DNA from: Candidatus Omnitrophota bacterium
Lineage (GTDB): Bacteria; Omnitrophota; Gorgyraeia; JABMRG01; JAFGKX01
Reading direction: 5' to 3'
Length of the DNA stretch: 64,000 nucleotides
Assembly: GCA_043797125.1 (NCBI GenBank)
Contig: JAZDPX010000032.1
Coordinates: 10,425-74,424, forward strand
Below are positions 10,644 to 21,300 of the stretch, piece by piece. How positions within the stretch are numbered: the first letter of the stretch is position 1; every line of letters starts with the position of its first letter. Both the position numbers and the translations under genes were made by a program. The notes beneath the pieces are model-generated. The model was given only the letters and a program-made list of their open reading frames with translations. It searched no databases and had not been told where the DNA came from.

Positions 10644-10675
10644 GGTCGATAGTCGATGGTCTATGGTCGATAGTC
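10644..10675. repeat. Heptamer tandem array (RGTCGAT)
   Basis: ggtcgat agtcgat ggtctat ggtcgat agtc; reverse complement of the array inside hisF. Confidence 0.85.
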
Positions 10676-10679
10676 AAAA

Positions 10680-11558
10680 ATGATACCGAAAGAAATACTT
10701 AAGAAGATACGGCGCATACAGATTACCACATCAAGGATGGTTACTGATGTCTTTGCCGGCCAATACCAGAGCGTATTCAAAGGCAAGGGCATGGAGTTTG
10801 ATGAAGTAAGAGAATACCAGCCCGGTGATGATATCCGCACTATTGACTGGAATGTTACCGCGAGGATGGGCCATCCTTATATAAAAAAGTTCGTCGAGGA
10901 AAGAGAGCTTACTGTAATGCTGCTTTTGGATGCCTCTATGTCGTGCCGTTTCGGGTCGGTTAAGCAGCTTAAAAGCCAGCTTGCCGCGGAATTATCTTCC
11001 GTGCTTGCCTTTTCCGCGATACAGAACAATGATAAAGTAGGCCTTATAATATTTACCGACAAAATAGAAAAATTTGTCCCCCCAAGAAAAGGCCTGCGCC
11101 ACGTCTTAAGAGTTATCAGGGAAGCGTTATATTACGGGCCGCAAGGCAAAGGCACTGATATATCTCTTGCGTTGGAATATTTAAACCGCGTTACAAAACA
11201 CAAATCCATCGCGTTTATCATTTCCGATTTTTTTGACGATAAATTCAAGAAGCTTTTGGCGATATCCAACAAGCGCCATGATATTGTCGCCGTTACTATT
11301 ACAGACCCCAGAGAAATTAATTTGCCGAATGTAGGAATTATCAAACTCGATGACGCGGAAACCCAGCAAAGCTTTCTTGTTGATACGACCAGCGCAAGTA
11401 TTAGAAGCACATATAATGCGGACGCTGTTAAAAGGATAAAAGAGCGCCAGGAGCTTTTGCGCTGGGCCAGAGTAGATAATATAGATATATATACGGATTC
11501 ACCTTACACAAAAGAACTGGTAAAATTTTTCAGGATGAGGGAAAGGCGGATGGCGTAA
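10680..11558 (+). CDS. DUF58 / vWA-like MoxR partner
   Basis: GMEFDEVREYQPGDDIRTIDWNVTAR, EERELTV and ISDF motifs. Confidence 0.92.
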   Translation: MIPKEILKKIRRIQITTSRMVTDVFAGQYQSVFKGKGMEFDEVREYQPGDDIRTIDWNVTARMGHPYIKKFVEERELTVMLLLDASMSCRFGSVKQLKSQLAAELSSVLAFSAIQNNDKVGLIIFTDKIEKFVPPRKGLRHVLRVIREALYYGPQGKGTDISLALEYLNRVTKHKSIAFIISDFFDDKFKKLLAISNKRHDIVAVTITDPREINLPNVGIIKLDDAETQQSFLVDTTSASIRSTYNADAVKRIKERQELLRWARVDNIDIYTDSPYTKELVKFFRMRERRMA

Positions 11559-11559
11559 A

Positions 11560-12117
11560 GTGTATGCGATTGCGTTTGCGGCTGATATAAAAGACATAAA
11601 ACCCCCGATACTTAGGCATCCCGCTTCTTTGCCTAAGAATTATTTTTTGCTTTTTGTTGTTGCCGCGCTGCTTTTGGCGGCAATACTCTTATTTATGAGA
11701 TATTTGCGAAAAAGAAAATTAAAGGCCCAAACGCAAAATTCTGTTCAGATAAAAAGGCCTGCGCACGAAATAGCTTACGAAGCATTGCAGGCCTTAAAAC
11801 TCAAGAACCTTCCGGGCCAAGGCAGGATAAAGGAGTATTATATCGAGCTTTCCTGGATTGCCAGGATTTATATAGAAAACCGTTTTAACATCAGGGCGCC
11901 GGAGATGACTACGGAGGAATTTCTGTTTTTCTTAAGAGAATCGGAAGTGTTATCTGGGGCGCATAAAAATTTGCTCAAGGAATTTTTGACGTTGTGCGAT
12001 ATTGTAAAATTCGCAAAATATGCCCCCTTGCAAAACCAGATAGATGACAGTTTCGATGCTGCCAAAAGATTAGTTGATGAAACAAAAGAGCAAAATATAG
12101 CTGTAGCGCAGGCTTAA
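11560..12117 (+). CDS. Bat-operon single-TM protein (DUF4381-like)
   Basis: 'IKDIKP', a TM helix, 'EMTTEE' and 'DIVKFAKY'; the stop codon lies in the palindrome at 12103-12128. Confidence 0.7.
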   Translation: MYAIAFAADIKDIKPPILRHPASLPKNYFLLFVVAALLLAAILLFMRYLRKRKLKAQTQNSVQIKRPAHEIAYEALQALKLKNLPGQGRIKEYYIELSWIARIYIENRFNIRAPEMTTEEFLFFLRESEVLSGAHKNLLKEFLTLCDIVKFAKYAPLQNQIDDSFDAAKRLVDETKEQNIAVAQA

Positions 12118-12128
12118 GCCTGCGCTAC
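12103..12128. repeat. CTTAAG-centred perfect palindrome (REP-like)
   Basis: gtagcgcaggcttaagcctgcgctac, identical to 5405-5430. Confidence 0.95.
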
Positions 12129-12154
12129 GGAAGGAAATAAAAAGGTATCATAAT

Positions 12155-13150
12155 ATGATTTTTAAGGATGTTTGGGTTTTATTGTTTTTTCCTGTTGCCT
12201 GTGCGCTTTTGTATTTTTTTAAAAGAAGAAGCACAACCTCCGGCATCAGATTTTCTTCCGCAAGATTAGTCAAAGGATATAAACCCACCTTAAAACTTGT
12301 ATTAGCGGACAAATTATTTTACTTGAGGCTTGCCGCGATATTCTTATTTTTTATAGCCCTGGCAAGGCCGCGGATACCGCTGGAAGAAACAAAAGTAGAG
12401 ACAGAAGGCATAAATATCGTTCTGGCAATTGACTCATCAGGCAGCATGCTGGCCGAAGATTTTAAGATAGCCGGCGTACGCCAGAACAGGCTGCAGGTGG
12501 TAAAGGGCGTTGTCCGGGATTTTATTAAGGCAAGAATTTCAGATAAGATAGGCATAGTTGCTTTTGCGGCGCGCGCGTATACCGTATGCCCGCTGACTCT
12601 GGATTATGACTGGCTTATCAGCAATTTGGAAAGGATAGAAATCGGCGCCATTGAAGATGGCACAGCGATAGGCTCCGCTATAAGCTCTTCTTTAAACAGG
12701 CTTAGGGATACACAGGCAAAAAGCAAAATTATTATTCTTTTAACAGACGGGGTCAATAACGCGGGCAAGATTTCCCCTCAAGCCGCGGCGGACGCTGCCA
12801 AAGCGCTTGGAATAAAGATTTATACGATAGGCGCGGGAACCAAGGGCCTGGTGCCGTATCCCGCGAGAAACATGTGGGGCCAGACAGTTTATCAAAATGT
12901 TGAGATAGACATAGATGAAGATATATTAAGAGAAATCGCGCAAAAGACCAACGGCCAATATTTCAGGGCAACAAGCACGGAGGCGCTAAAAGACATCTAT
13001 AAAGAGATAGACTCACTTGAGACAACGCCTATCCAGGAAAGCGGTTTTCAGGAATACAAAGAACTGTTTAGCAAATTTTTGGTTTTTGGATTAGCGCTTT
13101 TGATTTTAGAAATAGTTTTATCTAATACGGTTTTAAGGAAAATACCATAA
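12155..13150 (+). CDS. batA: BatA-like vWA protein
   Basis: ALARP, MIDAS DSSGSM, GTAIG and LLTDGVNNAG motifs. Confidence 0.88.
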   Translation: MIFKDVWVLLFFPVACALLYFFKRRSTTSGIRFSSARLVKGYKPTLKLVLADKLFYLRLAAIFLFFIALARPRIPLEETKVETEGINIVLAIDSSGSMLAEDFKIAGVRQNRLQVVKGVVRDFIKARISDKIGIVAFAARAYTVCPLTLDYDWLISNLERIEIGAIEDGTAIGSAISSSLNRLRDTQAKSKIIILLTDGVNNAGKISPQAAADAAKALGIKIYTIGAGTKGLVPYPARNMWGQTVYQNVEIDIDEDILREIAQKTNGQYFRATSTEALKDIYKEIDSLETTPIQESGFQEYKELFSKFLVFGLALLILEIVLSNTVLRKIP

Positions 13151-14160
13151 TGAGATTCGGGCAGATTGCGTATGCTTTTGGTTTTTGGATAGTCTTAGCC
13201 TTGAGCCTTTTTTTTGTCTGGGCGTTTAAGGAAAAGGCCAAGGCAATGCGCAGGTTTGCCGATCAGGGCTTTTTAAAGGAGCTTGCGGCTACGCTAAACA
13301 GAAAAAGACAGATAATAAAAACAGTAATAATTTTATTAGCTATTTTCTTAAGCGTTCTGGCTTTAATGCGCCCGCAATGGGGATTTAAATGGCAGGAGGT
13401 CAAGCGAAGAGGCCTTGATATACTTATTGCCATAGACACATCTAAAAGCATGCTGGCTACAGACGTAAAACCAAACAGGCTTGAAAGGTCCAAGCTGGCG
13501 GTTAAAGACCTGGTAAAAAAATTAAAAGGCGACAGAATCGGGCTTGTGGCGTTTTCCGGCACGGCATTTTTGCAGTGCCCGCTAACAATAGATTACGGCG
13601 GGTTTTTGCTGGCTTTAAATGATTTAAATACAGGCATAATCCCCAGAGGCGGCACAGCTATATCAAGCGCCATAAAAACAGCCATCGACAGCTACAAGGG
13701 CGGACAGAAAAAATACAAGATACTCGTTATTATTACCGACGGAGAAGACCTTGAGGGCGACGCGGTTAAGGCGGCAGAGGACGCGAAAAAGGAAAATGTA
13801 AAGATTTTCTGCATAGGAATAGGAACCGAAGCAGGCGAGCTTATACAATTGACTGACGAAAACGGCAATAAGTCTTTTTTAAAGGATGAGAACGGCAATG
13901 TCGTAAAATCAAGATTAAACGAGGTTATCTTAAAGAAAATAGCCCTATCAACGGGCGGGGCGTATGTGCATTCAAGCGGCGCTGAATTCGGGCTTGATAT
14001 GATTTACGAGGAAAGGCTCTCCAAGATGGAGAAACAAGAGATAAAAGCAAAGATGAATAAGCTTTTTATCGAGCGCTTTCAGATACCATTGGTTTTTGCG
14101 CTGCTTCTTTTAATCATAGAGCCTTTTATAGGCGACAGAAAGAGGGGGCAGGCTATGTAG
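13150..14160 (+). CDS. batB: BatB-like vWA protein
   Basis: RPQWG, DTSKSMLA.DV.PNRL, ITDGED, SRLNE and ERFQ motifs. Confidence 0.88.
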   Translation: MRFGQIAYAFGFWIVLALSLFFVWAFKEKAKAMRRFADQGFLKELAATLNRKRQIIKTVIILLAIFLSVLALMRPQWGFKWQEVKRRGLDILIAIDTSKSMLATDVKPNRLERSKLAVKDLVKKLKGDRIGLVAFSGTAFLQCPLTIDYGGFLLALNDLNTGIIPRGGTAISSAIKTAIDSYKGGQKKYKILVIITDGEDLEGDAVKAAEDAKKENVKIFCIGIGTEAGELIQLTDENGNKSFLKDENGNVVKSRLNEVILKKIALSTGGAYVHSSGAEFGLDMIYEERLSKMEKQEIKAKMNKLFIERFQIPLVFALLLLIIEPFIGDRKRGQAM

Positions 14161-14162
14161 TT

Positions 14163-14218
14163 GTAGCGCAGGCTTAAGTAAATGTAGCCGTAGCGGAGCC
14201 TTAAGGCTCCGCTACGGC
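14163..14218. repeat. Half palindrome plus a full 32-bp CTTAAG palindrome
   Basis: gtagcgcaggcttaag (14163-14178), then gccgtagcggagccttaaggctccgctacggc (14187-14218). Confidence 0.9.
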
Positions 14219-14235
14219 CAGGTTGGGATGTCAAT

Positions 14236-15093
14236 ATGAAGAATTTTATAATAGCTATATTTATTTTGTGTTTTCTGGCAAACCCCTGCATGGCTAAAAC
14301 GCAGCCCAAGAAGATAATAAAAAAGGGAAATGCGCTGTATAAGCAGGGAGAATTTCATGACGCGCTGAAACAATATGAAGAGGCGTTTTTGCACGCGCCT
14401 GATTCTGATATCGTGAATTTTGATTTAGGGGACGCCTTGTATAAAATAAAGGATTTTAAGCGCTCAATAAGCCATTTTGAAAAAGCCCTTATCACAGAAA
14501 ACGCTTCCCTTGAGCAAAAGGCCGGCTATAATATAGGGAACGCCAAATATAAATACGGAATAAGCCTGGAAGAGGCTGATTTATCAGCAGCAATAATCTT
14601 ATTAGAACAGGCCCTTCATCATTATGAGCGTAGTCTCGAACTTAAACCTAAGGATAAAGATACGGAATTTAATTATGAGTTTGTAAAAAAGGAACTTGAG
14701 AGGCTGAAGAAGAAGCAAAAGGACCAGCAGCAGCAACAGCAAGGCCAGCAAGGGCAACAGGGTCAGCAGGGCCAGAAACCTGAGGGTGGTCAACAACCAC
14801 AAGGGCAACAGCAGCAGCAAGACCAACAACAGCAAGGCCAGCAAGAACAAAAACAAGACCAGCCGCAAGGTGGCGAGCAATCCCAAGGAGGCCAGCAGCC
14901 GCAGGAACAAGAGCAGCCGCAGGAACAAGAGCAGCCGCAGGGCTCAAGTCAGCAGCAAGATGCAAAAGGCCAGGCATCAGAAAAGCAGGCAGTAATGCTT
15001 CTTGAGGCTTATCGTCATGATGAAGAGCCCACGACTTTGTATAAGCAGAAGATTAATACAAGCGGGATGCCGGAAGCGAAAAAAGACTGGTAA
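14236..15093 (+). CDS. batC: BatC-like TPR protein with Gln-rich tail
   Basis: Signal peptide, 'GNALYK' and 'YNIGN' TPRs, Q-rich linker, terminal KDW. Confidence 0.85.
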   Translation: MKNFIIAIFILCFLANPCMAKTQPKKIIKKGNALYKQGEFHDALKQYEEAFLHAPDSDIVNFDLGDALYKIKDFKRSISHFEKALITENASLEQKAGYNIGNAKYKYGISLEEADLSAAIILLEQALHHYERSLELKPKDKDTEFNYEFVKKELERLKKKQKDQQQQQQGQQGQQGQQGQKPEGGQQPQGQQQQQDQQQQGQQEQKQDQPQGGEQSQGGQQPQEQEQPQEQEQPQGSSQQQDAKGQASEKQAVMLLEAYRHDEEPTTLYKQKINTSGMPEAKKDW

Positions 15094-15105
15094 TTTTTAG
15101 ACTCG

Positions 15106-15137
15106 GATGTAGCGCAGGCTTAAGCCTGCGCTACATC
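15106..15137. repeat. CTTAAG-centred perfect palindrome
   Basis: gatgtagcgcaggcttaagcctgcgctacatc. Confidence 0.95.
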
Positions 15138-15170
15138 GGGAGATATTGCGAGAGTTAAACTATTACAAAA

Positions 15171-17009
15171 ATGCAAAATGCAAAATTTAAAATTAACATA
15201 TTAAAAGCACTCTTGGCCATAGTAGTTATTTTTGCATGCGCTGCGGCGATTGCCGAGGATATTAATTTTGAGGCGACGGTGGATAGAAATAAGGTTTCCC
15301 TCGGTTCGCGGTTTATGCTAAGCCTTAATTTTTACGGGACGCAGAGCATCCAGGAGCCTGACTTACCGAGCATAGAAGGATTCGATTCGCAATACACAGG
15401 CCCTGCCACGACAATGTCCATTATAAACGGCAAGGTCTCAAGTTCAATAACACACAACTATATACTTACACCGCTTAAAGCCGGTAAATTCGAAATACCT
15501 TCCTTAACAGTCGAATACAACGGTAAAACTTACTCCTCAAGCGCGATACCAATAGAAGTTGCGCAAGGGCCTGTCAGCCCGCTGCCAGGCGCGCAAGGCT
15601 CAACGCAGCAGGAGGCTTCTTATGATTTAGGCGACAGGATTTTTCTTGTTATGGAAGCTGATAAAAATACAGCGTATATAAACGAGAATATTGCTGTAAC
15701 AATTAAACTTTACATGAATAAGCTGCCTATTCGGGATATACGGTATCCGGAATTTGAGCATGAAGGGTTTTTGGCGGATAAATTTGACAAATACAAGCAG
15801 TATAAGGAAGCTATTAACGGGGTTTTATATGATGTTATGGAATTTAAGACAAATGTTTCAGCTACACAGACGGGTGAACTCAAAATCGGGCCAGCAAGCT
15901 TAAAATGTAATCTCATCGTGCAAAGAAGGCCAGGCAGAAGAGGCTCTGTATTCGACGATGATTTTTTCGGCTCGGATATCTTTGACGATTTCTTCGGGCG
16001 TTACGAAACATATCCTCTGGACTTGAAGTCAATGGATATATCTATTTCCGCGTTGCCCTTGCCTGATGAAAATGTTCCCGCTGATTTTAACGGCGCAATT
16101 GGGGATTATAATTTTTCTTTGGAAGCTAATCCGAAACAGCTCAAGGTGGGTGACCCTATTACCTTAAAAATGGCCATAAGCGGTAAAGGCAATCTTAATA
16201 CAATTCAGGCCCCAGCGCTTAATTTCGGCGATGATTTTAAGGTTTATGATCCCGAGATAAAGCAAGGCGATAATGTTAAGGAATTCGAACAGGTTATAAT
16301 ACCCAAAAGCGACAAAATAAAACAGATACCTGAAATTTCATTCAGCTTTTTTAATACTCAGTCAGGTAAGTATGAAAAAATTACTAAAGGCCCCACGCCT
16401 ATTATTGTAGAGCCGCTTGCCAAAGGCGACGAGCTGCAGGTTTTAGCAGCTCCTGAGCAAATTGTAGCCCAAGCGCCTAAGCAAGAAATATTAGGCAGAG
16501 ATATCATATATATTAAAGACACGCCGGGCGAGTTAAAGAAAAAAGGAGCATTTTTATGCAGGAGCAAGGCGTTTTTAGCGCTGCAACTATTGCCGCTTTT
16601 AGCTGTCATATCCGTACTTATTTTACATAAGAGGTACAAGCGCCTTACAACCGATATCCGTTACGCAAGGCGCATGCGCGCGCCGAAAAAGGCAAGAAAG
16701 AATCTGCAGGCGGCAAGGCAGCTTCTTAATACGCAGGGTGCGGATAAATTCTTCGAAGCTGTTTTTAAGACTTTGCAGGAATATCTCGGGGATAAATTCC
16801 ATCTTCCGACCGCAGGTATAACCTCAAGTGTGGTAGATGAGTTAAAAAAATATAACATCGATCAGGACGTTCTCTCTAAACTAAAGGATTGTTTTAACAG
16901 CTGTGACGCGGCGCGTTATGCCGCCTCCAGCATTACAAAAGACCAGATGCAAAACGCCTTTAAGATGCTTGAAGAGATAATTGATGAACTTGAAAGGGTA
17001 AGGCTATGA
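15171..17009 (+). CDS. batD: BatD-like protein
   Basis: Signal peptide, repeated Ig-like BatD segments ('GAIG', 'VGDPITL', 'GKGNL'), TM helix, 'RYA' tail. Confidence 0.85.
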   Translation: MQNAKFKINILKALLAIVVIFACAAAIAEDINFEATVDRNKVSLGSRFMLSLNFYGTQSIQEPDLPSIEGFDSQYTGPATTMSIINGKVSSSITHNYILTPLKAGKFEIPSLTVEYNGKTYSSSAIPIEVAQGPVSPLPGAQGSTQQEASYDLGDRIFLVMEADKNTAYINENIAVTIKLYMNKLPIRDIRYPEFEHEGFLADKFDKYKQYKEAINGVLYDVMEFKTNVSATQTGELKIGPASLKCNLIVQRRPGRRGSVFDDDFFGSDIFDDFFGRYETYPLDLKSMDISISALPLPDENVPADFNGAIGDYNFSLEANPKQLKVGDPITLKMAISGKGNLNTIQAPALNFGDDFKVYDPEIKQGDNVKEFEQVIIPKSDKIKQIPEISFSFFNTQSGKYEKITKGPTPIIVEPLAKGDELQVLAAPEQIVAQAPKQEILGRDIIYIKDTPGELKKKGAFLCRSKAFLALQLLPLLAVISVLILHKRYKRLTTDIRYARRMRAPKKARKNLQAARQLLNTQGADKFFEAVFKTLQEYLGDKFHLPTAGITSSVVDELKKYNIDQDVLSKLKDCFNSCDAARYAASSITKDQMQNAFKMLEEIIDELERVRL

Positions 17010-17779
17010 AAGTGCGGCTTGCTATTATGGTATTAGTATTCCTTATAATTTCAGTTTTTGCGGCTGCGGCCCGCTGCGACGATGCAAGTGATGCCCGCTC
17101 ATATTTTGCCAAGGCAAACGCCGATTATGCCGCGGAAAAGTTTGATGAGGCAATCGCTGATTACGAAAACGCCTTAAAAACAGGCTTTGAGAGCAGCGAA
17201 CTTTACTATAATTTAGGCAACGCCTATTTTAAAAGCGGACAATTAGGCAAAGCTATTTTAAATTATTCGCGCGCCAAGCGCTTTATGCCGAATGACGCTG
17301 ATTTAAAATCAAACCTCGAATATGCGCAGTCTCTTATAAAAGGCGGGGCGGCCGCCGCGCAGGCGAACTGGTTTGCGCACTTATTTTTAAAATTAACAGA
17401 TTTATTTAGCCTGGATAAAATTACTTTAATAAGCTCAATCCTGTATTTTATATTAGCTGCCTTGATTATTTTGGCAATTGTACTGAGCGATTTAAGAAAA
17501 ATCATAATTTATGCCGTAATAGCGGTCTGCATATTATTAAGCATATCCGCATCATCTTTATATGCGCAATACTACAGGACAATCGTTGAGAAGGAAGCGG
17601 TTGTTGTAGCCCAGACCGTTGACGCCAGATTCGAGCCTTTTGATGACGCGACCGTGTTTTTCAGTTTAAGCGAAGGCGAAAGCGTTGTCGTAGTCGCGGA
17701 AAGAGAAGACTGGGTAAAGATTAAGCGCCTTGATGCAAAGCAAGGCTGGATTAAAGAAGCTGACATAGAGTTGTTATAG
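17006..17779 (+). CDS. batE: BatE-like TPR plus SH3 protein
   Basis: YYNLGNAYFK...AILNY, two TM helices, C-terminal 'W.KI....GWI'. Confidence 0.85.
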   Translation: MKVRLAIMVLVFLIISVFAAAARCDDASDARSYFAKANADYAAEKFDEAIADYENALKTGFESSELYYNLGNAYFKSGQLGKAILNYSRAKRFMPNDADLKSNLEYAQSLIKGGAAAAQANWFAHLFLKLTDLFSLDKITLISSILYFILAALIILAIVLSDLRKIIIYAVIAVCILLSISASSLYAQYYRTIVEKEAVVVAQTVDARFEPFDDATVFFSLSEGESVVVVAEREDWVKIKRLDAKQGWIKEADIELL

Positions 17780-17787
17780 CTAACTAA

Positions 17788-18165
17788 GGCCTCAGGGTCC
17801 TGCCCGTCACAAGTTCGGTTTTTGCAATGTTCAGAGCTGTTTAGCAAAGGCCTGTGACAATCCTCGCAGGGACGCAAAAAAATCCCCAGCGAGGATTTTT
17901 TTGCTCTGACCTCGGCCTTCGCTCTCGCCTGTATGGAAACAAAGCAAAACTATAGTCGTTCGGCTGGGGCCCCTCCGAAATTCACCTAAAGATAGTAGGT
18001 CAGGCTTAAGCCTGACCTACTATCCAAGGGTTCAGTTTCGGTGTCCCCAGCCTGCACTCCTATGTTTTGCCTGCAACCAAAACAAGTGACCAAATCTTCC
18101 GCTATTGTTTTTTCGGCTATGCCCAAGGGGCTTATTGCCGTGAATCCTTAAGCAAAACCTAACAT
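17788..18165. repeat. Long non-coding fold-back element (MITE/REPIN-like) with a nested palindrome
   Basis: Head shared with 53848-53890; nested imperfect IR at 17944-18070 with a perfect 34-bp palindrome (17991-18024) in its loop. Confidence 0.6.
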
Positions 18166-18198
18166 TTCATTATTTTGTAACAAAATTCCAAAAAATCC

Positions 18199-18227
18199 TT
18201 GACAGAAGTGCTATAAATTGCTAAAAT
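18199..18227 (+). promoter_or_regulatory. Sigma-70 promoter for the giant PGK-TPI gene
   Basis: TTGACA-N17-TAAAAT with extended -10 TG, overlapped by the IR aagtgcta/tagcactt; RBS AGGAGG before ATG 18312. Confidence 0.7.
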
Positions 18228-18311
18228 ATTAGCACTTTTTAAATCATCAAACCATATCAATAAAAAGTTTAGAATAATCAGGGGAAACCTAATATAATAG
18301 GAGGGGAAAAA

Positions 18312-21300
18312 ATGTCAAAATTGACACAAAAATTTTTCACCATTATTATCTGCTTAGCCTTTATCGGGCAAAGCACGAATCTGGGTTACTTACCTTCACC
18401 AAACTCATCTAATACGCATACCTTGCGCGGAATGGCGTCGCAATTCGAAATATTACAGGAACTAGAAGAAGAAATGGCAAATGTAATGCCGAAATTTTAC
18501 ACAGCTGAAAATACCGGGCCCTATATGCCATATTATCAGTTGGACAGATCCTTTTTGCAGGGAAAGGTCGGATTTGCAAGGCTTGGATGCGATACGCCTA
18601 TGGATAAAAAGAAACAGAAGGAAATGAAGGATCTGGTTAAAGAGAAAAAAGATATGTCCCTTCTTCTTACCGATGTCAGCCGTATAGCAGACCCTGCCAG
18701 AATAGACTCCGCTATTGAAACTTTAATACACGTTATACGAAACGGCGGCAGGGTAGTGCTGCAGCCCGGCTGGATTGGCAGGCCCGAAGGTAAAATTAAG
18801 GCAGAATTAAGCGTAGTTCCGGTATTTTTGTATATAAGGGACAAGCTTGTAAAAGCAGGAGTAATAAAAGAAGATGAAATGATCCTCTGTCCCACGGATT
18901 TAGAAAAAAGAGAATGCAAAAGCAATTTCCAGAATGTAGGCGTAATTCGGGAGGCTATTAAAACCCATCTTAAAGATTTTAGGAAAGATGGCGAATCGGA
19001 TAAGGATTATAACAAAAGAAAGGGCAAGGTTAAGATATTGTGCCTTGAAAATCCAAGATTCGATAAAGAGTACGATAGCTTTAAATACAAAGATTTTAAG
19101 GATAGCAAAATAGAGGAACCTGCATTTATAAAGATGCTTAAAGAGGAGATTGCTTATGTTGTTTATGATGACTTCAATCATCAGCACAGGCCGCCGGCTG
19201 ATATATCCCTTCTGCCTGAATATGTACCCTCTTTTGTGGGAAAACGACTGGCTGAAGAAATCAGAATGGCTGATATATTATTGGAGATACTTAATAAGAG
19301 AGATAGAAAACCTTTTGCCTTATATCTTGGAGGAAAGAAAATAGAGACAAAGCCAGGCAAGATTTCCAAGGTAACGGTTGCGCTGGAATTAATCAGAAAC
19401 GATATGATGCGCAAGGATGACAGGCTTCTCATAGGCGGCGGTGTTGCGTATGCCTTTTTGGTTGCCCAGAAATATATAGATAGAATCATAACAGGCTTCG
19501 TAGATGACCCCGATAAAATAATCAGCCAGGAGGCTGTAAAGAAAATTACTCGCGGTGAAATAAGTGATGTTATCGGAGATTCATATATCTCGGATGACCC
19601 GTTTGATACAGAAGAGGGTTTAAAACAGGCGCATGAGAGAATTTATACTTTCGCGCAGCTTTTGGTTGAGGCAGCGAAAAGAGGCATTAAGGTCGGGCTG
19701 CCAATAGATCACAAAGTCAGAAACAACAAAACCGGGCAAATAAAAGAATGTACAGGTAATATTGAACGTGGCTGGTATGGTATTGACATTGGTTCCAAAA
19801 CTCGAGAAATGTATAACGGTGCCAGAAAAGGCATAAGCGCAGGTTTGATTGCAGGGCCTATGGGTATAGCTGATGACCCCGACCTTCCCGAAGGCACAGA
19901 AGGCACAGACATAGTCCTTAATGGCCTTGCGGAAGAGACGAGGGATAACGGCGCCTATACATTAAGCGGCGGAGGCGAGACAACGTTCAGGGCAATGGAG
20001 ATTAAAGTATTGCTTTCATGGCTTTCCTTAGGAGGCGGCGCTTTGCTGGAATATATTCAGAAAAATCGCGAGCTGCATGGCCTGCTTGCGCTAAAGAGAT
20101 CAGCGGAGAAATTTGCCGAGGGGAGGGTGTTAGCAGTTTCTGATGCGAAATCAGTGGAAGACACCATTCAGCAGATTAGGCCCTTATATGAGTCGCTGAA
20201 TAAGATAAGAATAGCCATGCCTTCCAATAAAATACAATATAAAATATGGGCGTTAATCAACTATTTCAGAAAAAAGATAGCTACGTTAACAGGCGCTCCG
20301 TGGAAGATACCTATTACTGCGGGGAACTGGAAAGAGAATATAGGAGAAGAAGAAGATGCAAAAAAATTGATTAAAGAAATGATATATGACCTTCGTTTCA
20401 TAGAAGGGGTTATACCTTTTATATGTCCAACAGCTGCGCATTTAAAAATTGCCGCAGAAGCCATAAAAGAAATGGAAGACAAGGGAATTATAGCAAAAGG
20501 AAAATTCACTCTCGGAGCCCAGGATGTGAGCGCCTATGGGGATAAAGAAATGAGCCCCTATTATAAGGATATAAGAGAGCAGTCAGGCAGAACGCATATA
20601 AAAACTATAATAAATGCAGGCAAAGGATATGTTAAATTTATTATTGTAGGCCATTCCGAGACATGCAGGACTCCTGTAGGGGTGGGCGACGAAGAGGGAG
20701 GCGCTGTGCCGGCCGGGCCAGCTTACGATCCTTTATGTGATTACGATGTGAATAACAAGGCGAAATTAACATTAAAATACGGCCTTACTCCAGATATATG
20801 CATAGGCGAAAGTTACGCGGAAAGAAACGCGGAAAAACTATATCCAACTGCTGACGCAAGAAAGGCCTTTCTTTTAAGACGCGGCATAACAGATGATACC
20901 GGAGAACCGGCATGGAAGCAGATTTTAAGACGCCAGATTCAGAGGAGGTTTTTAGGCCCGGATCCCGACGGTGCGATTACTACTAAGATTACCAAGGAAG
21001 ATATTTTACAAAAAGGCATCTATCTTTCCTACGAACCTATCCACTTTATAAGTTTTGGCAACGTAAACGCGGTCGTGGATATGAAGATTGTCGAAGAAGC
21101 CAACAGATTTATCACCTCGGAGATACTCAAGTTGTATGATAACGATAAAGACATAAAGGATAAGATACAGACCGAGGTAATAAAATACGGCGGCAGCGCC
21201 AATGAAACAAACGGCGAAGAGATAATCTCTACTATTTTCACCATAGGCACCATAGCGGGTGGAGCGAGCAGAACTTCAGCCAGATACCTGGGCCTTAACG

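Noticed and set aside
14602-14995. Leu/Ala-rich antisense and alternative-frame ORFs, and the Gln-rich tract
   Set aside because: Shadows of the low-complexity linker that is normal for BatC.
9644-17779. Bat operon as the export machinery for the downstream enzyme-like proteins
   Set aside because: Only adjacency supports it; the operon is widespread and separated by a separate promoter.
18206-18237. CIRCE (HrcA) element
   Set aside because: The half-sites are in the opposite order and the spacing is not N9.
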